The notes under the pieces were generated by a model. It saw nothing but the letters and a program-made list of their open reading frames with translations. It did not search any database and was not told the origin of the DNA. Shown piece by piece: positions 59,087 to 64,000 of a stretch of 64,000 nucleotides of DNA. A program made the position numbers and the translations under genes. The stretch's first letter is position 1, and the number at the start of each line of letters is the position of its first letter. The DNA is taken from positions 186,001-250,000 of the IMG/VR virus record IMGVR_UViG_3300032236_001850; one strand, 5' to 3'.

Positions 59087-59788
59087 ATGAAAAAAATATC
59101 AATAGCTATACCAACATCAGGGTATAAGGGTAATGGTGATAAATATCTTGGAGATCTTCTGGAATCAATAAGAAAGCAAACATACAGGAATTTCAACATA
59201 GTCATATCAGATCACTGTCAGGACTCATTAATAGAGAATAAGATTGCAGAGTTTAGTGACATGGAAATAATATATCATAAAAATCCAAATGATATAGGAA
59301 ATAGTCCATTAAATCTAAACAAAGCAATAGAACTCTGTGATGGTGAGATAATAAAAATAATGTTCCAGGATGATGTTTTTTTCTCAGAAAATTCACTTGC
59401 TATCATATCGGAAAATCTAGGAAATTCTGAAAAAATGTGGCTTCTCAACGGGTGCAATCATATGGACGATGGTACAAATGTAACCTACGGTACAATGGTA
59501 CCCCGACATAACCCAAATTTATTAATGGGTGCAAATACAATAAGCTCACCGTCTGTATTATCAATTAGAAAAGAATGTGAAGTTAGATTCGATGGAAACT
59601 TGACTTATTTTATGGATGTTGAATATTACTATGCAATGTGGGAAAAATACGGGGATCCTGTAATAATAGACGAAACACTTATAACAAATAGAAATAGTAA
59701 CAACTCGATATCCGGATCGGTAAATGATTGGAGCGAAATATCAAACATTGAAAGAGAATATTGTCGTAAAAAATATAATAAACAATGA
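59087..59788 (+). CDS. GT2 glycosyltransferase
   Basis: SIAIP, L.SI.KQTY, QDD. Confidence 0.85.
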   Translation: MKKISIAIPTSGYKGNGDKYLGDLLESIRKQTYRNFNIVISDHCQDSLIENKIAEFSDMEIIYHKNPNDIGNSPLNLNKAIELCDGEIIKIMFQDDVFFSENSLAIISENLGNSEKMWLLNGCNHMDDGTNVTYGTMVPRHNPNLLMGANTISSPSVLSIRKECEVRFDGNLTYFMDVEYYYAMWEKYGDPVIIDETLITNRNSNNSISGSVNDWSEISNIEREYCRKKYNKQ

Positions 59789-60369
59789 TAACTTTTGTAA
59801 TTCCTAGTATAGGAAGGCCAACATTAAAAAGATCACTAGAATCTCTAATAAATCAGAAGAATAAAAACTGGAAGTGTATTGTTGGATTTGATGGCATAGG
59901 AGAAGAATCTGTAGACAATAATTTATTAGTCGATGATCCAAGAATAAGTTATCTCTATTTCAATGAAAAGATTGGACAATCAGCAGAGCATGGAAACGGT
60001 GGTATGGTTAGGAATAGAATAATGAGCCATGTTGATACTGAATGGATAGGGTTTCTTGACGATGATGATTGCTTATACGAAAACTATACAGAGGAGCTAG
60101 AGCTATGCAATCCTGATGATCTTGATTGTGTAGTTTTTAGAATGAGATATGAAAATAATCCATCAGTCGTATTACCACCTCCTGGAATGAATATATTAGC
60201 ACAAAATCTTGTTGGTATATCTTTTGCTGTTAGAAACGATTTCATAAAAAATAAAAACATCGAATTTATAAATTCCAACTCGGAGGATTTTAACTTTCTT
60301 TCCTCTGTATTAGCAAACGATGCAAGATTGAAAATATCTGAAAGTATAACATATTTAGTTTGTAGTTAA
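59785..60369 (+). CDS. GT2 glycosyltransferase
   Basis: VIP..GR, RN, FLDDDD, ED. Confidence 0.85.
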   Translation: MITFVIPSIGRPTLKRSLESLINQKNKNWKCIVGFDGIGEESVDNNLLVDDPRISYLYFNEKIGQSAEHGNGGMVRNRIMSHVDTEWIGFLDDDDCLYENYTEELELCNPDDLDCVVFRMRYENNPSVVLPPPGMNILAQNLVGISFAVRNDFIKNKNIEFINSNSEDFNFLSSVLANDARLKISESITYLVCS

Positions 60370-61295
60370 TGAAAAAAATATTGGTAACAGGAGCTTATGG
60401 CTTAGTTGGATCACAGTTTACTGGGAACGAATACGAAAGAATTGGTTCGGGTGATCTGAATCTACTTAATCAAAAGTATATAGATGAACATTTCAAACGG
60501 TCGGAAAAATTGGATGAATTACCGGAAGGTATAATTCACTGCGCAGCTAAAGTTGGCGGGATACAAGGTAATATGGAGGGACAGGGTAAATTCTTTTATG
60601 AAAATATTTCAATGAATACTTCAATAATAGAATCAGCAAGGAAATTCGGCATAAAAAAATTCATTGCTTTCCTATCAACTTGCGTTTTTCCAGATGCGAT
60701 TGAATATCCATTAACACCGGATAAAATACATCTTGGACCACCACATCCTTCTAACTACGCATATGCATATGCTAAAAGAATGGCAGAGGTACAAATAAGA
60801 GCATATAGAGAACAATATGGTGTGAATTATTTTAGCGTAATTCCGTGTAACATATACGGACCTTCAGATAATTATAATCTTGAATCAGGTCATGTTATAC
60901 CAATGCTAATACACAAGATGTATCTTGCAAAAAAGAATAACACCGAATTTAAAGTTTGGGGATCAGGAACACCGCTAAGAGAATTCATATTCTCTGAGGA
61001 TGTTGCAAGATTGACACGGTTGTTGTATGACAATTACGAAGGATCAGATCCAGTAATACTTTCAACATCAGAGGAAATATCAATAGGATCCGTTGTTGAA
61101 ATCATTGCAGAGATAATGGAATATGATGGTGAGATTATATTTGATAAAACCAAACCAGATGGGCAATACAGAAAGCCAAGTGATAATTCAGTGATAAAGG
61201 AATTATTTCCAAATTTTGAATTTACTCCAATCAGGAAGGGATTGAAAAAATCGATCGATTGGTTTAATGAAAACTATCCAAAAGTTAGACTATAA
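60369..61295 (+). CDS. fcl: GDP-L-fucose synthase
   Basis: AAKVGGI, STC, YAYAK, NIYGP.DN, VWGSG.P.REF. Confidence 0.95.
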   Translation: MKKILVTGAYGLVGSQFTGNEYERIGSGDLNLLNQKYIDEHFKRSEKLDELPEGIIHCAAKVGGIQGNMEGQGKFFYENISMNTSIIESARKFGIKKFIAFLSTCVFPDAIEYPLTPDKIHLGPPHPSNYAYAYAKRMAEVQIRAYREQYGVNYFSVIPCNIYGPSDNYNLESGHVIPMLIHKMYLAKKNNTEFKVWGSGTPLREFIFSEDVARLTRLLYDNYEGSDPVILSTSEEISIGSVVEIIAEIMEYDGEIIFDKTKPDGQYRKPSDNSVIKELFPNFEFTPIRKGLKKSIDWFNENYPKVRL

Positions 61296-61300
61296 TAAAG

Positions 61301-62293
61301 ATGGAAAATAAAAAAAGAGCACTTATAACGGGAATCAATGGCCAGGATGGAAGTTATCTTGCCGAATTCCTAATTTCAAGGGGATATGAGGTATTTGGAA
61401 CAATAAAAAGAAACTCAGTTGCGGAGAATCAAACTGTAAGATTGGATTCAATATATGACAAAATAAAAGATAATCTAATATACGCAGATCTTCTTGACGT
61501 GCCGTCATTATTACATGCACTAAAAATATCAGATCCACAGGAAGTCTATAACCTAGCTGCACAGTCACACGTAAGAATATCCTTCGATCAACCAGTCTAT
61601 ACAGCACAAGCAACAGGTATAGGTACATTAAATCTACTGGAGGCAATAAGATTACACAATCCAAAAATAAAGGTGTATCAGGCATCATCTTCGGAAATGT
61701 TTGGAAATTCTATAGATGATGACGGCTATCAAAGGGAGACAACCCCAATGAATCCAGTTTCTCCGTACGGATGCGCGAAGGTCTTCTCGTATAATATTTG
61801 TAGGAACTACAGGAATTCTTACGACATGTTCATAAGTAACGGTATCCTGTTCAATCACGAATCACCTCGTAGAGGCACAAATTTTGTCACTAACAAGGTT
61901 GTAAAGACCGCGGTGAGGATTTATATGGGATTGGAAAAAAAGCTTGTCTTAGGCAATCTAAATGCGACGAGAGATTGGGGACATGCAAAAGATTATGTGG
62001 AAGCAATGTGGATGATGTTACAGCAGGAAAAATCTGGAGATTATGTTTGTTCAACTGGCGTCTCGCATTCAGTGCAAGATCTTGTTGAGTATGTTTTTGG
62101 AAAGCTTGGTCTAGATTGGAAACAATTCACTGAAACAGATCCCAAGTTTTTAAGACCAGAAGAACTGGAGGATCTTAAAGGTGATTCTACTAAACTTATA
62201 AAAGAAACTGGATGGCAACCTAGATACACATTCGAATCAATGTTGGATGAAATGATAGAATATTGGTTAGATTATTATATGATTCCACAGTAA
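61301..62293 (+). CDS. gmd: GDP-mannose 4,6-dehydratase
   Basis: GINGQDGSYL, NLAAQSHV, QASSSE, FNHESPRRG, RDWGHA. Confidence 0.97.
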   Translation: MENKKRALITGINGQDGSYLAEFLISRGYEVFGTIKRNSVAENQTVRLDSIYDKIKDNLIYADLLDVPSLLHALKISDPQEVYNLAAQSHVRISFDQPVYTAQATGIGTLNLLEAIRLHNPKIKVYQASSSEMFGNSIDDDGYQRETTPMNPVSPYGCAKVFSYNICRNYRNSYDMFISNGILFNHESPRRGTNFVTNKVVKTAVRIYMGLEKKLVLGNLNATRDWGHAKDYVEAMWMMLQQEKSGDYVCSTGVSHSVQDLVEYVFGKLGLDWKQFTETDPKFLRPEELEDLKGDSTKLIKETGWQPRYTFESMLDEMIEYWLDYYMIPQ

Positions 62294-62385
62294 AGGTAAA
62301 AATATCAGAAGCTAACAAAAACCATAACATATTACGTTATGGTTTTTTTTGTTGATATATACATTAAAAATTATACGTCATAAAT

Positions 62386-63882
62386 ATGAAAAGAGTATTA
62401 GATTTTAGTGGATATAGCAAAATATTCGAAGCAGATACACCACCTGCACCTGCACCAGCGGGAGGAGCAACACCAGCTCCAACAACAGGAACAACACCTG
62501 CACCAGCGGGAGGAGCAACACAAGCTCCAGCAACGGGAACAACACCTGCACCAGCGGGAGGAGCAACACCTGCACCAGCAGGCGATAAAAAAGAAGCTGC
62601 TCCTGATAAAAAAGATGCCACTCCAGATAAAGCAAAATCATCCAATGCGCCAACAGCTGCCACATCAGTTGGGGATCAGCTATATAATGCTTTTATTGAC
62701 ATATATTTCATATTAGTTTCAGGTATAGATGGGGGATATCCAGACGTGGTTGCTGATCTTCAAAGTGTTTCACAACAAACAGATGCAACTAAAAAAGGTG
62801 ATGCAATGGCAGATGCTCTTAATAAGGTTTCGCAAAAATTAAATGCTGATTATAAATCACAAATAGGTGGAGATGTTAAAGGATTTAGCGACGATCTTAA
62901 AAAAGCATACACTACACTTGTTACTTCTGACGAGGGTAAAAAATCATTGGATGGTATTAACAAGAGAATAGACGATTCGATTAATAAATATGTAACTGAA
63001 CTTGCTGCTGAGCTTAAAAAAGCAAAAGCACCTATTAAGGAATCATTCCAAGCTTGGAGAGAATCTGAACAATTAAACGAGGGATTATTTGATAAAAATC
63101 TATTTCCAGAAAGAAGACAAGAATTACTTAGCACCATAATAACTCCTAAAATGTCGCAATTTAAAACGATTGCTGACACCACGATGGATAGCGCTTACAA
63201 GCAAGCTGCTCAAACAGCATATGATGCAATGAGTAAGTTATCTGATGAATTATCCAAGGATGACACTTGGGACAAAATGAAGAGAAGAGAAAGAAAGGAT
63301 AGATTAGAAGCTATTCCTGGTGATGTTGATAAGATACAATCTGCAATGAATGATGCTACAACTAAATTTACTGCTCAACTTAAGATAGACAAGGATGTGA
63401 CTGATAGTCTTAAATCAGTTGATGATAAAGCTAAAGACATCAAATCAAAAGCAACGGAACTTGTTAATAAACAAGCTGCTGCTGAAGCTAAGAAAAAAGA
63501 AGAGGAAGAAAAGAAAAAAGGTGGTGATAAAAAAGAGGAAGATAAAAACGCTCCTAAAGAAATAAAATCGGGTAATATAGATAAAGATAATCTTAAGAAA
63601 ACTGGATCTAATTATCAAGCAATTAAAGACTTCCAAGGAAAACTTAATACAATTCTACCAGATAATCAGCAGATAAAAGCTGACGGTGGTTACGGTAAAA
63701 ATACAGAAGAAGCAATTAGAAGGGTTGCTAGACTTATAGGCGGTTCAACTGGTGAAGATCTAGTTAAGAGCACGGACGATGGTAAAAAACTAACACCAGA
63801 ATTCCAAACAATGGTTGCTAATTGGATAGATCCAAAGGTGCAGGCAAAAATGAAAGATCTAGTAAGCGGAAAGACATCATAA
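62386..63882 (+). CDS. putative virion protein with Pro/Ala/Thr repeats and C-terminal peptidoglycan-binding-like motif
   Basis: PAPAGGAT repeats; IKDFQ..L.....ADG.YG.NT..AI. Confidence 0.7.
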   Translation: MKRVLDFSGYSKIFEADTPPAPAPAGGATPAPTTGTTPAPAGGATQAPATGTTPAPAGGATPAPAGDKKEAAPDKKDATPDKAKSSNAPTAATSVGDQLYNAFIDIYFILVSGIDGGYPDVVADLQSVSQQTDATKKGDAMADALNKVSQKLNADYKSQIGGDVKGFSDDLKKAYTTLVTSDEGKKSLDGINKRIDDSINKYVTELAAELKKAKAPIKESFQAWRESEQLNEGLFDKNLFPERRQELLSTIITPKMSQFKTIADTTMDSAYKQAAQTAYDAMSKLSDELSKDDTWDKMKRRERKDRLEAIPGDVDKIQSAMNDATTKFTAQLKIDKDVTDSLKSVDDKAKDIKSKATELVNKQAAAEAKKKEEEEKKKGGDKKEEDKNAPKEIKSGNIDKDNLKKTGSNYQAIKDFQGKLNTILPDNQQIKADGGYGKNTEEAIRRVARLIGGSTGEDLVKSTDDGKKLTPEFQTMVANWIDPKVQAKMKDLVSGKTS

Positions 63883-64000
63883 TGGAAATTAAAAAATTCA
63901 GTGAATTTTCTGTTCTTCAAAGGGTATACGAAAAAAACGGAGACCCGGTTGAGCAGAACACACCAACAAAGACTGGCATAAAATATAGGGATAATATAAA

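Larger units (their letters stand above)
8259..62361. promoter_or_regulatory. GATATATA putative late promoter motif
   Basis: Short distance upstream of starts at 8259, 8711, 11280, 14206, 15700, 19369, 21600, 24712, 26651, 27669, 32920, 39374, 39828, 43032, 62354; reverse copies near 24123 and 50371. Confidence 0.8.

Noticed and set aside
1-64000. Stop-codon reassignment
   Set aside because: Conserved genes are full length in the standard code, TAG and TGA end genes normally, and no suppressor tRNA was seen.

Overview
AT-rich 64 kb segment of a large (jumbo-type) phage, most likely infecting Bacteroidota. The basis is many TAnnTTTG -7 promoter boxes and A-rich leaders without Shine-Dalgarno sequences. 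Layout: (1) 1-7.8 kb, an early cassette region of small ORFs, each with a repeated promoter, a terminator and dispersed operator-like palindromes, closed by a GC-rich segment and 32-bp tandem repeats; (2) 8.3-27.6 kb, paralog arrays, a degenerate terminase-ATPase paralog, a sigma70-family factor, and many proteins with a T4-like capsid-targeting N-terminus downstream of a GATATATA motif; (3) 25-43.6 kb, 29 tRNA genes covering all 20 amino acids, with free-standing endonucleases, aberrant tRNA-like RNAs, unexplained structured RNAs, a Ro60/TROVE gene and five Y-RNA-like units; (4) 43.7-64 kb, a Tlde1-like enzyme, collagen-repeat fibres, an N-terminally truncated ClpC and a GDP-fucose/glycosyltransferase cluster. 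The main candidate for a new system is a pair of leader-peptide attenuators (27.7 kb and 39.9 kb), one ahead of each main tRNA array. Each peptide is made mostly of the amino acids served by its own array, which suggests the phage senses tRNA depletion and induces the matching tRNAs. A second highlight is the Ro60 locus, whose Y-like RNAs carry tRNA modules in different topologies, next to a ~380-nt structured RNA. All calls are by eye, without database searches.
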